Source of the DNA: Candidatus Kerfeldbacteria bacterium | GTDB taxonomy: Bacteria; Patescibacteriota; Patescibacteriia; UBA10025; JAHIVO01 | Reading direction: 5' to 3' | Length of the DNA stretch: 64,000 bases | Assembly: GCA_047946875.1 (NCBI GenBank) | Contig: CP181398.1 | Coordinates: 15,154 to 79,153, forward strand | Notes under the pieces: model-generated | The model's database searches: none | What the model was told of the DNA's origin: nothing | Seen by the model: only the letters and a program-made list of their open reading frames with translations | Shown here: piece by piece, positions 31,401-40,460 of the stretch | Numbering within the stretch: position 1 is the first letter of the stretch | Layout of the letters: every line of letters begins with the position of its first letter | Position numbers and translations under genes: made by a program

Positions 31401-34400
31401 CCTTTAACTACTTCGAATCCATATGCGATTGATTACGATGGTCAGTATCTCTGGATCACGCACAACAATAATCCTGGCATAGTTACTATATTAAATCCGA
31501 ATGATGGTAGTGAGGTTAATAGTTTCGTTGTTGGTAGTCAACTAAGGGGAATAATACCTTTTAATAATTCAATGTGGGTAGCGAGTCTCGGTGATGATAC
31601 AGTGATTCAATTAGATCCATATACACAGAGTGTAGTGGATACTTACAATGTTGGGGATGAACCGTGGGAACTGACAACAGACAATGACGCAAATATTTGG
31701 ATTACCAATCATGGTTTATCTAAAAATGTTTCAAAAATAAATTTAAGTGACGAATCAGTTAAAGTAGGCTTAGGTTGGATCAGTCTAAATAAGGCTGTTT
31801 GTTCAAATGATTCACAACAAGGATGTACTGATGATGATGAATGTGGAGTGGTTACTGATCTATGTGTAGATACGCCAGCGGAAGAAGTAAGTGAAGATAT
31901 TATCGTGGCTGGTGATCCACCGTCTGGAGATGTTGCTTATGGCTTTTGTTATGATAACGATGCTCCTTCTTCTGGTGAAAAATATGGAGAGTGTTCGAAA
32001 ACAACTGGTCAAAGTTGTACAGAATCTGATTTAGCAAACTGCTTAGATATTGAAGAGTATTGTATTTATTATACTTGCCAAACTGGTGATATATGTATTG
32101 ATCCTGTTTCTCCCCCAAGTCCTGCGGGTTGGGTTAAAGAATGTCGAGATACTGCAACTGCGAATTTCAATGGAGAGACTAGAGAGATAGAGGGATGGGC
32201 AAGAATATTGTCATCAAAAAAACAAGGCGAACAATATACACCTCCTTTTGATGATTGGGGTTGGATAAAACTTGGTGGACAATATGACGATGGCGAAGGA
32301 AATACAGGCGATTATAATTTAGCTGGAACGGAAATTGATTCTCAGTTATTTTTAGGTGATCCAGATGTATCTGGTGATAGTTTATCACTATATACAATAT
32401 TTGGTTGGGGGTGGAATGCTGATATTTCAGATTATACGGCAACTTCAGATTGGTTACCGTCTATAAATATTAGTAATAATTTCGCTGCGAGACGTGGACT
32501 TGAACGCGTTCATAATTCGGCCATGATCTTAGATTCGAACGGTGATCCACATATTGCTTGGGAAGTTTTTGATACTGTTCATCTTTATTATGATATTTAT
32601 TATCTAAAGTTGGTAGCAGGTAAATGGTTTACGATATCGGGAGTTGAATATCAACCTGGAGCGATGGATCCCTTTGGTTCTATGTTAAGTGTAGGATATG
32701 GATCTGGTTTATATGACGATGGGAGGCATATAAGATTTCCTTCATTAGCTCTTGGCGCTGATGATTACCCTCATCTAGCCGGAGCTTATGAAGAGAGTGT
32801 CTGGAGGGGCAGCCAAAATGAGGGGGGCGATATAATCTATACAAAATGGAACGGCTCTCAGTGGACAAGTTCTGATGGTGTAACATCAGGTTATGATGTA
32901 GTTGGTGGGGAAGCTAGTGATGATGATCATGCTCAAGTTCCAATTTTGAAACTTAATGATAGCGATGTTCCGAATATTGTGTATAGAGTAGGAATATCTG
33001 GTTATGGTGATATTTATTTTAAAGTTTGGGATGGTCGGATTTGGAATACTATTGATGGAACTTCGGATAGTTTGAATGTTAGTAACATTACTAATTCTAG
33101 TTCAGTAACTCCAAAATTAATAATGGATGGTAATACTCCACATATTGTATATATAGATAGTGGATTGGCTAAATATAGATGGTGGGATGGTACTAACTGG
33201 GTATCAGCAGGTCTTGATGAGCCTTTTGACACATATGTCTGTTCTAATAATTTTTTAACAAGTTGTACCGAGGCTACTGAACAAGCGGATTGTGGATGGT
33301 ACTGTCATGATAATTCAGTCAACGCTGGTAATCTATGTTCTGTTGATATTGATTGTGGCACTGATTATTGGGCACAATGTTTACATAATAGGTGTGAGAG
33401 TGAAGATGTGGCAGTTAATTGGGGATTGAAGACATGTAATGGTTTTGTAGATGGAACTAAATGTTACGACGACGATGATTGTCCTGTGAGCTTGGATTGT
33501 CAGAAATTATCTAATATTGAGTGGAATGTATATGGAACAGAGGCGGCTAGTTTTGATTTGTATGACGAAAGCACTCCTGGAGTTGTATTCCGTGGTTCAA
33601 CTGGAATTTATTATCTTAGGTGGGATTCAACTATTGATAACGGTGACGGAACATTTGGCGCCTGGGTGTCAGTCAGTGGTGGAGATCTTGAATCATCAGA
33701 TTTGGTAATCTCTAATGCTGGAGGGAGAGCAGGACGTGTTCCTTCTGTAATTATTGGAGATGATAATTATCCCAGAATTATTTGGGGAGAAGAAATTTCA
33801 AATCTGTCAGATATTACTTATAAACAGTGGGATGGGTCTCAATGGCAAACTATAGATGGTATAGCATCTCCTTTACCACCTGCACCACCAAACGTAGCTA
33901 ATCAATCTGCTTATATTTCTGAAACTCCTGCTGTTCAGTCATATAGTCCTTCTGTACAACTAGATCGATTTGGTAATCCTCATGCACTTTGGTCAGAAAT
34001 TAATTATAGCGGTTATTCTTGTGGTGAGTTTGGTAATGGAGGTGTTATTGATGGTATTGATGGGGATATTCATGATATAGAGATTGATTATGATAATAAC
34101 GCTATTTATCTAGCCGGTGTCTCTGATGATGGTGGAGTACCGCATTGGCGAATAGATAAAAGAAGATTTGATACAGGGGCATTAATTGCAGCTTTTGATA
34201 CTGATGGTTTTATAAATGGTGATGCTGATACTCTTTCGGCTTGGAATATAGAATTAGACAAAGATAATAATAATTTCTATATTGTTGGTAGAGAATCAGT
34301 GGGTGATGATTGGCGATTGGAGAGGAGAAATATGGATACTGGTAGTATTGATTGGCCAGACAATCCAAGCGGGGTCGTTAGAATGGGTTATGGTAATGCT

Positions 34401-37400
34401 ACCGACGGAATAGATCTAAAAATTGATAGTGAGAATATATATATAACTGGAGTTGATGATAGTGATAATTGGCGGATAGAAAAAAGAAGTAAAAATAATG
34501 GAAATTTAGTTACGAATTTTGGTACTGATGGTTTTATTATTAGTACGGATGGAAATAATGCGAAAAAAATATTGATCGATGATACTTATATGTGGGTAGT
34601 TGGTCAAGATGATAATCTCCATTGGAGGATTGAAAAGCGATTATTAAGTAATGGTGATTTAGTTACTACATTCGGTAATGCAGGAATATTTACTGGCTCT
34701 TCGACTAATCCAGATAGTGGAAATATTTATGATGTTACGATTGATGGTGATAATATTTATATTGTTGGGAAAACTACTGATAATAATTGGTTGACTGCTA
34801 AATTGGATATTAATTCAGGAATATTGGATGAGGATTTTGGTGTGGATGGATATGTAGAGACATCCTATGCATCAGCTGTTAATTTTATTTATGGTATAGA
34901 GGTCAGTGGTGATGATATTATTATTGCTGGTAGTTTAGGTGATGGTTTAGATAATGATTGGCATTATGAAATAAGGAATAAAAATACAGGTATTATTAAT
35001 GAAATTGTTGTAAATAATGGTTGGCAAAATGGTTTAATTGATTCTGTCAATGGTAGTTTGGTTTGGGGAATGGACGGTGATGATGATTATATGTATATAT
35101 TTGGTAATGATGATAGTGGTAATTGGCGAATAGAAAGACGATGGAAATCAACTGGTACATTAGATAATCACTATAATACAAATGCTTTTAGTGATTGCAA
35201 AGATCCAGAATATCCTATGTGTATATATACTTCGCCATCGTTCGAATGTCTGGGTGGGGATATATTTTATAGTCGTTGGACACCAGGAAATGTCCAAGGT
35301 GGAATAGGTTGGGTAGAATTCATGCCAGCCGGAGCTCTACTTGGAGTACCGTGGGTTCAGACTGCTTTTGCAGATATCTTTGGTACAGAGGGTGTTAGTT
35401 TATCTCCTCCGCCACGTGGTAGTGGAGAATACACTGCGACATATTTGATTTTATCTAACGGTAGTATTGAAGGCATACCTACGTATTATTATGGCGATAG
35501 TAGTCGGCAACCATCAACTCAATTTTATGAAGGTGGATTAAATCCATTGATTGAGGGATCTAGTCTTCCGTTTGGTGAAGATGCACTATCAAAAATTAAT
35601 GTCGATGCTTTAGTATCTGGGCCGGACTTTAATAGATATGGGCATCCTTTAACAACAGTTACACAAAGTGGTATTGATATTAGTGATAGCAGTCAATTAG
35701 GTGATTCACCTTTACTAAATGGAGGTGTTTATCATTATATCGGAAATGCATCGATAGACGATGAAATGACTTTTATAATAGGTGATTCAGATCCAACTCC
35801 AGCAACAGATCCAGAAACAACAGGAAATGGATTAATAGTTATAGATGGTGATCTAGAAATAAATGCCAATACTTATTATGAGGCAGGTGTTTTGGCAGAT
35901 ATTACAGAGATGCCATCGGTAGGTCTTATTGTCCGAGGTAATATTTATATTAGTCCTTTCGTGACAGAGTTAGCCGGAGTATTTGTAGCTTTAGACAATC
36001 CTGATACAGCAGATATTTCGGAAGGTATTATTAGTACAAGCAGAAAGAGCCCACTTATAACTGAGACAGCAGATAATGATGATGCTTATGTATCTGTAAT
36101 TGGTTCGGATTATGATAATACTAATCAAACTGTTCCAGATAATGAATCATTAAAATTTGGTAAAGAAGTTGCCGATATTGGCAATTATCAATTTAGATTA
36201 AAGGCAACTTTAAATACAAATTTATTAGGGGTAACGAGCACTGAGCCAAATATTCCTATCATGGTAAGAGTTGGGGATGTTGGCACTGCTCCATTTGATG
36301 ATTTTTGGTTGAATAATTCTGACGATATAAACGGTTATGATATCAACTTTGCAGATGCTGATGGTACACCATTAGATTTTCATATTGAAAAATTTGAAAA
36401 TAACCAAGAAATAATAGTTTGGGTTCAAGTCCCACAACTAGATATTAATTCTTTAAATGACTATATTTGGATGTATTATGGTAGTGTTTCTCCTGTTAGC
36501 CAGCAGGATGAAAATGGCACTTATAATAGTGAATACGTTGGAACTTGGCATCTGAATGAAACATCTGGAGATCGTCATAATTCGACCAGTACAATTTCTA
36601 TTGATGGTGTGCCATCAGCATCACTGGCAAATGAACCTGGCGGTATTGCAGCAGGAGCTGATAAATTTGATGGTACTGGAGGAACTCTGGATAATGGCTA
36701 TTGCTTTGAAGGTTTAAATACTGGCGGCGTGAATAATCTTTGTAGGTATGATATTGATTGTGAGGACCCTGCAGGAACTCTTTGTACAGATGTTCAAGGA
36801 GGATCTAATCCTGGTGGTTGTATGGTCCCAGACCCAACAGGAAGTTATCTTGAAATGCCTATTAATATACTTAGTGGAGCTGGTAACTTTACTATTGAAG
36901 CTTGGGTGAGAACTTCTACAACTGATAATTTGGTTACTATAATCGAACAAAGAGATGAGAATAACGCGGGTGATGGTAGTTATCAGCTTAGGATTTATAA
37001 TGGAATAGAACTTCATTTTTACTATTGGCAATATTTTCCTGGTATTAGCTTTAGTATTTCAGCAAATGATTCTAATTTAAATAATGGAAGTTGGCATCAT
37101 GTAGCAGTTACAATAAATAATACAAATGATGAAGCTATACTATATATTGATGGAGTTGCGGAAGCTACTAGGATAGATATGACAGATATAATTGATATAG
37201 ATGCTGAAAATAGTACTTATGTAGGTGCAGATATTTCCAATACAGGTGGTCATGGTTGGCCTTGCTATAAAGTAGATAGTTATTTTAATGGAGATATTGA
37301 TGAAATTAGGATATCTAATACAGTACGATCAGCTGAATATATTCAGGCAACTTATCTTGCAGAAAATGGTTCTAGTTCATTTATAACTTGGGGGACTCAA

Positions 37401-38663
37401 GAAGAAGTTGAAAATCAAACTGATCGTACATTTTTAAGATTTCCGTTCGGACCAGGTACTATCAATGATATATTACCAAATTCAGAAATTAGGAATGCAT
37501 ATCTAAATCTAACGGATGATGGTAATAGTTCTAATGGTCCGTTTGATGCAAAAATATATTTAATTGATTATGGTGATGTGGTTGAATTTACAGTAGCAAA
37601 TTGGCCTGCTCAAGATTTGTACAATGTTAATGTATCTAATGGTATGACTTATAGTATTGATACTAATACTTGGGATAGTACTATAGATTCTGAGAATATG
37701 AGTGTGGATATTAAATCTTTGATTCAGAGGTATGTAAATAGTGATGAATATGGTCAATCTTATGCTGATGGAGATATTACATATCTTGGTCTTGTTATTA
37801 ATGAAGGTGATGCCGACGTTGGAGATTTTAGATCATTCTATTCTCAAGAAGATACTACTGGCCATGCCCCAGAATTAATTGTCGAACATTCACCACGAAG
37901 AACATATTTAACTATTGATCCTTCAAATGTAAATGATGATGTTCACGCTTGGGGTAGCGCTGCGGGTGAATATTCATTAAATTCTAGTTGTCTGTATGTT
38001 GGTAGTTATTCAAATAATCCTAATAGAATTTTCTATCGTTTTATACCAGATACAGCCTATACAATATTACCTGATAATTCTGAAATTATTGAAGCTCATT
38101 TAAGATTAAATAATACTGGTTGTGCGACTGGAACAGAACCTTTTCAAATACGACAAGGATTGTTAAATAAAAATGTAGCGGGAACAACTTTTAATGATAT
38201 GCCTACAATTTCATCTAATCCATATAATTTTGGATTAACTCAAGACGTTTTTGAAGTATCACAAGAGTTATTAGAAAATGAGTTTAATAATTCAAATATT
38301 GTATTAGATGATATCTCAAATTTAGTTCAGTCATGGATAGATGATACTATCGTTAATTATGATTTTGGTAATGATATTGGTTTAAGGTTGCGACGTGGTA
38401 ATAAATCTTCAGAGATTATAAACGGAGCAGGTGAATATAGAGCTGTCAGTGAAGATGCTTCGATTTTGGAAGTTGATTATTTAGTACCATTACAGGTTAG
38501 TGGACTTTTCGTTGCTCGTGGATATAATTTTGATAGAAAGTATACCAAAGATCTTGCTCCGTCCGAAAGGATTGTGTATGATGGTAGGGTAGTAGCAAAT
38601 ACGCCACCCGGACTTGCTGATTTTTCTAAAGCACTTCCAATTTATCAAAGAGTAGCGCCGTAA
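25461..38663 (+). CDS. Giant (4400 aa, 13.2 kb) membrane-anchored surface protein: N-terminal TM, Fn3-like modules, Vgb/NHL-like propeller repeats, Cys-rich modules, delta-60-like repeats and a C-terminal LamG/ConA-like lectin domain
   Basis: N-terminal TM VLIILCVAVVLAAGLFSLIYF. Blades DGTDLWISND, DGQYLWITHNNN, DANIWITNHG. WRIDKRRFDTGALIAAFDTDG-type repeats. LamG-like segment GTWHLNE...FTIEAWVRT...SWHHVAVT...FNGDIDEIRISN. Confidence 0.75.
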   Translation: MSKLTKKSIQVLIILCVAVVLAAGLFSLIYFTQHTPQQKHYVIKEVPPDPETVIDKVVQESGRNYIDKRDDEGNLVFNEDGALTRIFYGADIFYQTEDGDYQDIDTTIVTAQGDYDYENTTNVSKTYFKAETQEDDFIKYEVAGERGVTFSFAGVDKSTPEVSSNTITYPDIYEGIDAKYTISGSKILEELIVEEEPIVDRIDQNIKLQDVYYKEQDNGSITFHDNATGHIVFFAIQPIMYELEESTGFKKQIDESESMEVENLTFSYGLHYEITEADNGDIVISKVIDDEGRKWLEQANYPVAIDFTFSAIDSTVALSGESLRHNWSGTNYYMTTPATISRVGNLNTSVARWYYRSFFSFDTGSEWASYGSSDIVGAKFTFYMWKTGTCSNCAVYDYQGDCRWNTHPCWQHRCGLCTNAGGDVGEESASGISANSGADIWDSLPYHPGGNGFSDAYYNVVMTPEGAVDLNGIPTTQAECSANPDDCKREVFVGIDSVSQTGETQIALFDTSGLTVNEGNWKGVRTFNSGSGALDPTLEVVYMPKFDINVVPLDSDEMLTIEWDDNSDNESGWELQRCIDPTPVDPPFECDDSDYFDANHVSFSPIPTGDSSDSCGTDCTYTCTTTEVETVGGCTIDNDGLESDSLYYYRGRIIHVSDLVSGPTSVWSEDDDGSGYNHEWTRATEILSSVLELSSPVWDSLRIYGGGSPTDAYIDSHVNSNPLHTKYALGVRDEDTWRNCFAEDSGGGIYTFQLPITTNPYTVDFAHNMVWWMTDVFGWQMTAAINVESTDDCQIYPNREFKLCEWAQDTRSPDNYLNTPTSYENCSLDTGKAYSRARDPSPPTFINNDPYGGYFPAITVQMDTTPFSLPVTTLNPSDTEYAMSVTNVNTGKTKFFGDTSDLQEWTMGQPVIPDWGTQFLWNNNNPRTVYNLESATCYKFRAISKNGEPTEVGEVGEDESWGFPDSDEFPSEAEGGFTDDLWSVGYPSEEYCTPLSPPDQPTVTCGFNQEKSIIIKPKVLSQLINDDDKSILSIKTANASVKLADANSEGYYCDVSFTDDINTGTIYYKIQRCARSDIGSCADGDFITVSSNSTLKSFIDESVFPGLACDINNEVYEYRVQADNTIVEPSDWSTVAEDILPPCQPTPAPTANNFQKQTMTFNWTAPLFGSPISGFNSGYYTYLLDSPTDLSPVKRFQSVLFLTTYTPLPSLYTNTPYYFEVSGVDDRSREGVRSPQGGPFYTLADNPNFTVECGYDSSDYCTVDITNHGLNDVENHPPDYCLSRKVGSSSSWRYYNYEKSNWGISGPATCDGQTSDYWRSAKTDYTTSWSLTDYNLTCNTLYTYRIEAKNDVGIVTPSPHEESDTTTICPPLNVRHTYNGYLSGYRIRVAWDNPPPTIPPTLPDEIRIYKDATCGGDYEVMPTGSTETDNSTDPNYGTDASLYANIEKPYSVCYYKDGVLGRPGDGDLNAYTSIQTPTGVSFSSVTKDSMVVNYRGTLTRLSGNSLDFYMSYTNGGSGGSNPSWIPGSYNDTGLSTNYQYCYRVRAKNNETGAYTTGDYTNYGPAGDQDDCKYTLASIPKRPVRSQVDSSTVNVIIREGDGNPHGIGLADDTDYAICVTEYNIDGSVYQEGYVQNNNTVNWLPPPEKCGDSDTGVSWDTRAGWGLDSGVDITGVESSKKFGFSVKARNGDDINTNFGPEATLFLVKNNVVGWAWSANIGWVSLNCLNFFKDQDYGFSCDPGEHWGINTSYEPTRTINPVEGYAWSASGQALKETLSISETTQIGVNAGPKGITYDSETPGGPYVWGVVWASDHILFRLNSVDLTFDTFLIGTAGDDLRDIVLANGYLWITANTTGKLYKVDPANPSGGAVDTLDFETSAFISGCASEDCHPFHIAYDGTDLWISNDVANNEGLIFRVNTNDGLERNCDGTEFSGNNNDRCNLGTTYSGWPFVLNNDVWVVNKLPLGVSKISIADGSISSYPLTTSNPYAIDYDGQYLWITHNNNPGIVTILNPNDGSEVNSFVVGSQLRGIIPFNNSMWVASLGDDTVIQLDPYTQSVVDTYNVGDEPWELTTDNDANIWITNHGLSKNVSKINLSDESVKVGLGWISLNKAVCSNDSQQGCTDDDECGVVTDLCVDTPAEEVSEDIIVAGDPPSGDVAYGFCYDNDAPSSGEKYGECSKTTGQSCTESDLANCLDIEEYCIYYTCQTGDICIDPVSPPSPAGWVKECRDTATANFNGETREIEGWARILSSKKQGEQYTPPFDDWGWIKLGGQYDDGEGNTGDYNLAGTEIDSQLFLGDPDVSGDSLSLYTIFGWGWNADISDYTATSDWLPSINISNNFAARRGLERVHNSAMILDSNGDPHIAWEVFDTVHLYYDIYYLKLVAGKWFTISGVEYQPGAMDPFGSMLSVGYGSGLYDDGRHIRFPSLALGADDYPHLAGAYEESVWRGSQNEGGDIIYTKWNGSQWTSSDGVTSGYDVVGGEASDDDHAQVPILKLNDSDVPNIVYRVGISGYGDIYFKVWDGRIWNTIDGTSDSLNVSNITNSSSVTPKLIMDGNTPHIVYIDSGLAKYRWWDGTNWVSAGLDEPFDTYVCSNNFLTSCTEATEQADCGWYCHDNSVNAGNLCSVDIDCGTDYWAQCLHNRCESEDVAVNWGLKTCNGFVDGTKCYDDDDCPVSLDCQKLSNIEWNVYGTEAASFDLYDESTPGVVFRGSTGIYYLRWDSTIDNGDGTFGAWVSVSGGDLESSDLVISNAGGRAGRVPSVIIGDDNYPRIIWGEEISNLSDITYKQWDGSQWQTIDGIASPLPPAPPNVANQSAYISETPAVQSYSPSVQLDRFGNPHALWSEINYSGYSCGEFGNGGVIDGIDGDIHDIEIDYDNNAIYLAGVSDDGGVPHWRIDKRRFDTGALIAAFDTDGFINGDADTLSAWNIELDKDNNNFYIVGRESVGDDWRLERRNMDTGSIDWPDNPSGVVRMGYGNATDGIDLKIDSENIYITGVDDSDNWRIEKRSKNNGNLVTNFGTDGFIISTDGNNAKKILIDDTYMWVVGQDDNLHWRIEKRLLSNGDLVTTFGNAGIFTGSSTNPDSGNIYDVTIDGDNIYIVGKTTDNNWLTAKLDINSGILDEDFGVDGYVETSYASAVNFIYGIEVSGDDIIIAGSLGDGLDNDWHYEIRNKNTGIINEIVVNNGWQNGLIDSVNGSLVWGMDGDDDYMYIFGNDDSGNWRIERRWKSTGTLDNHYNTNAFSDCKDPEYPMCIYTSPSFECLGGDIFYSRWTPGNVQGGIGWVEFMPAGALLGVPWVQTAFADIFGTEGVSLSPPPRGSGEYTATYLILSNGSIEGIPTYYYGDSSRQPSTQFYEGGLNPLIEGSSLPFGEDALSKINVDALVSGPDFNRYGHPLTTVTQSGIDISDSSQLGDSPLLNGGVYHYIGNASIDDEMTFIIGDSDPTPATDPETTGNGLIVIDGDLEINANTYYEAGVLADITEMPSVGLIVRGNIYISPFVTELAGVFVALDNPDTADISEGIISTSRKSPLITETADNDDAYVSVIGSDYDNTNQTVPDNESLKFGKEVADIGNYQFRLKATLNTNLLGVTSTEPNIPIMVRVGDVGTAPFDDFWLNNSDDINGYDINFADADGTPLDFHIEKFENNQEIIVWVQVPQLDINSLNDYIWMYYGSVSPVSQQDENGTYNSEYVGTWHLNETSGDRHNSTSTISIDGVPSASLANEPGGIAAGADKFDGTGGTLDNGYCFEGLNTGGVNNLCRYDIDCEDPAGTLCTDVQGGSNPGGCMVPDPTGSYLEMPINILSGAGNFTIEAWVRTSTTDNLVTIIEQRDENNAGDGSYQLRIYNGIELHFYYWQYFPGISFSISANDSNLNNGSWHHVAVTINNTNDEAILYIDGVAEATRIDMTDIIDIDAENSTYVGADISNTGGHGWPCYKVDSYFNGDIDEIRISNTVRSAEYIQATYLAENGSSSFITWGTQEEVENQTDRTFLRFPFGPGTINDILPNSEIRNAYLNLTDDGNSSNGPFDAKIYLIDYGDVVEFTVANWPAQDLYNVNVSNGMTYSIDTNTWDSTIDSENMSVDIKSLIQRYVNSDEYGQSYADGDITYLGLVINEGDADVGDFRSFYSQEDTTGHAPELIVEHSPRRTYLTIDPSNVNDDVHAWGSAAGEYSLNSSCLYVGSYSNNPNRIFYRFIPDTAYTILPDNSEIIEAHLRLNNTGCATGTEPFQIRQGLLNKNVAGTTFNDMPTISSNPYNFGLTQDVFEVSQELLENEFNNSNIVLDDISNLVQSWIDDTIVNYDFGNDIGLRLRRGNKSSEIINGAGEYRAVSEDASILEVDYLVPLQVSGLFVARGYNFDRKYTKDLAPSERIVYDGRVVANTPPGLADFSKALPIYQRVAP
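34070..35170 (+). repeat. Degenerate delta-60-like tandem repeats within the 4400-aa gene
   Basis: About 6-7 units with motif Y(I/M)xG...DNWRIEKR...G.LD..FG. Confidence 0.6.
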
Positions 38664-38689
38664 GCTAATGTATATTTAATAATTTTTAA

Positions 38690-39064
38690 TTGATAATGAG
38701 TAAATTTAAGAATTACAAGGATTTGGATATTTGGCAGAAAGCGTTTAATATGAGTTTGATGGTTTTTAATTTATGCAAAAAGATTCCTTTTAATTCGGTA
38801 AATAAAGTATTAGTTAATCAGATTGTTCGTTCTGTAACTTCGATCGCTGGCAATATCGCTGAAGGTTCTGGAGGAGCTACTAGAAAAGATTTTATTAATT
38901 ATTTGCAGAATGCTAGAAAATCAGCTCTGGAAACTGATAATTGGCTTGAATTCATTTTTTCAACCAACAAAGTGACTAGTGCATCAAAGAAAATGTTAAA
39001 GGAAAAATCTCAAGAAATAATAAAGATTCTAACGACAATTATTAAGAAATCCAAATTAAAATAA
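38690..39064 (+). CDS. Four-helix-bundle protein (23S rRNA intervening-sequence protein family)
   Basis: Family-typical core SIAGNIAEGSGG...KDFINYLQNARKSALETDNWLEF. Confidence 0.7.
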   Translation: MIMSKFKNYKDLDIWQKAFNMSLMVFNLCKKIPFNSVNKVLVNQIVRSVTSIAGNIAEGSGGATRKDFINYLQNARKSALETDNWLEFIFSTNKVTSASKKMLKEKSQEIIKILTTIIKKSKLK

Positions 39065-39102
39065 TTATACATAATAAATTTTAAATTATAAATTAGACAA
39101 AT

Positions 39103-40242
39103 ATGGCAAAAAATGTAAGTTATTTAGGAATCGACGTTGGTGGGTCAAGTTTAAAGATTGTTGAACTTGTAAATGTCAATAATAAACCACAATTAGTTAC
39201 TTATGGCTTTATTAATGATATTCCGAATATGATTAATGATAATAGTCTTTCTGCAAAAGCTGAGGTTGCTTCACATTTAAAACATTTATTAAAGGAATCA
39301 AATACAACAACCACCCAGGCAGTAGCTGCATTGCCTAGTTTTAGTGTATTTAGCTCTATTATAAATTTACCCTCAATGAGCAAAAAAGACCTAATTTCGG
39401 CTGTTAGGTGGGAAGCAAAGAAATTTGTACCTATTCCTTTGGAGGAAATGATCCTAGATTGGGAAGTTTTAGGAGAAAAAGACGAAAAAATTGATAAAAT
39501 TAATAAAAATGAGCCAAAAGAAGATAATAAAAATGATAATTCTAATAAAAAAGACGATAAAGGCCTGAAAATAGCTAAAAAGGATGAAAAACTCAATAAA
39601 AACAACATAAAAGTACTTTTAACGGCTGCACCTAAGAATTTAGTAAATAAGTACGTAGAGTTATTTAAAGCAGTTGGTTTACAGCTTGTGGGGTTAGAAA
39701 CGGAGTCTTTTGCCCTAGAAAGGTCCTTAATCGGTAATGATAAGAATCCAATAATGGTAATTGATGTAGGTGGAAGTGTTACAAATATTATCATATATTC
39801 TGAGGGAATACCTATATTAAATAGAAGTATCGACGTTGGAGGTAATTCTTTAAGCAAATCTTTGTCTGAAGTTATGGATTTATCTTTCGAACAAGCAGAA
39901 CAATATAAAAAAGATTTGAGTTTTACATCTACAGATGAATCGCTTGATAGTTTACCAATACCATTAAGTAAGGTGATAAATTCCATAATAAATGAGGTTA
40001 AATACATCATTAATATCTACCAAAATCAGAATAATGGCCCTATTTCTAAGATAATATTATCAGGTGGATCTTCATATATAATCAATTTATCTAGGTATGT
40101 ACAAGATATTTTTAATATTAAGACATATATAGGTGATCCTTGGGCAAGAGTAGTACACCCTGTTGAGATCGATAAATTACTGAAGCAATTAGGACCGAGG
40201 ATGGCCATCCCTATTGGTTTAGCAATGAGAGAAATAAGCTAA
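39103..40242 (+). CDS. pilM: Type IV pilus assembly protein PilM (actin-like ATPase) with a Lys/Asp-rich low-complexity insertion
   Basis: N-terminal YLGIDVGGSSLKIVEL and central VIDVGGSVTNIIIY actin-fold motifs. Sits in a pil operon. Confidence 0.7.
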   Translation: MAKNVSYLGIDVGGSSLKIVELVNVNNKPQLVTYGFINDIPNMINDNSLSAKAEVASHLKHLLKESNTTTTQAVAALPSFSVFSSIINLPSMSKKDLISAVRWEAKKFVPIPLEEMILDWEVLGEKDEKIDKINKNEPKEDNKNDNSNKKDDKGLKIAKKDEKLNKNNIKVLLTAAPKNLVNKYVELFKAVGLQLVGLETESFALERSLIGNDKNPIMVIDVGGSVTNIIIYSEGIPILNRSIDVGGNSLSKSLSEVMDLSFEQAEQYKKDLSFTSTDESLDSLPIPLSKVINSIINEVKYIINIYQNQNNGPISKIILSGGSSYIINLSRYVQDIFNIKTYIGDPWARVVHPVEIDKLLKQLGPRMAIPIGLAMREIS

Positions 40243-40314
40243 AATTGTAAATAATAGTCTTTCTAGTATGACATTTACTAAATTTGTGACATGTAAAAAA
40301 TAGGCTATTTTGCC

Positions 40315-40343
40315 TTGACTTTCTCATTTAAATGTGCTAGAAT
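40315..40343 (+). promoter_or_regulatory. Sigma70-type promoter: TTGACT, 17-bp spacer, TAGAAT
   Basis: Near-consensus hexamers with optimal spacing about 120 bp upstream of the PilN-like ORF. Confidence 0.55.
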
Positions 40344-40460
40344 ATATATATAAGCTAATAAACTTGCTGATATTGGCTTTACATTTATTTAATTGATAAA
40401 AAAGCATATTTTTTAGATAAATAAAAATAAAAAAGCAAAAAACAAAAATAAAATCAGCAT

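Noticed and set aside
12628-38663. Diversity-generating retroelement targeting the giant proteins
   Set aside because: No reverse transcriptase ORF in the window, and no TR/VR pair with adenine-specific mismatches was recognised
13164-40010. Numerous antisense or out-of-frame ORFs inside the giant genes and pilM (for example 13164-13394, 26553-26891, 37560-37757, 39201-40010)
   Set aside because: They are shadow ORFs fully embedded in longer, motif-supported genes on the other strand, with low-complexity translations
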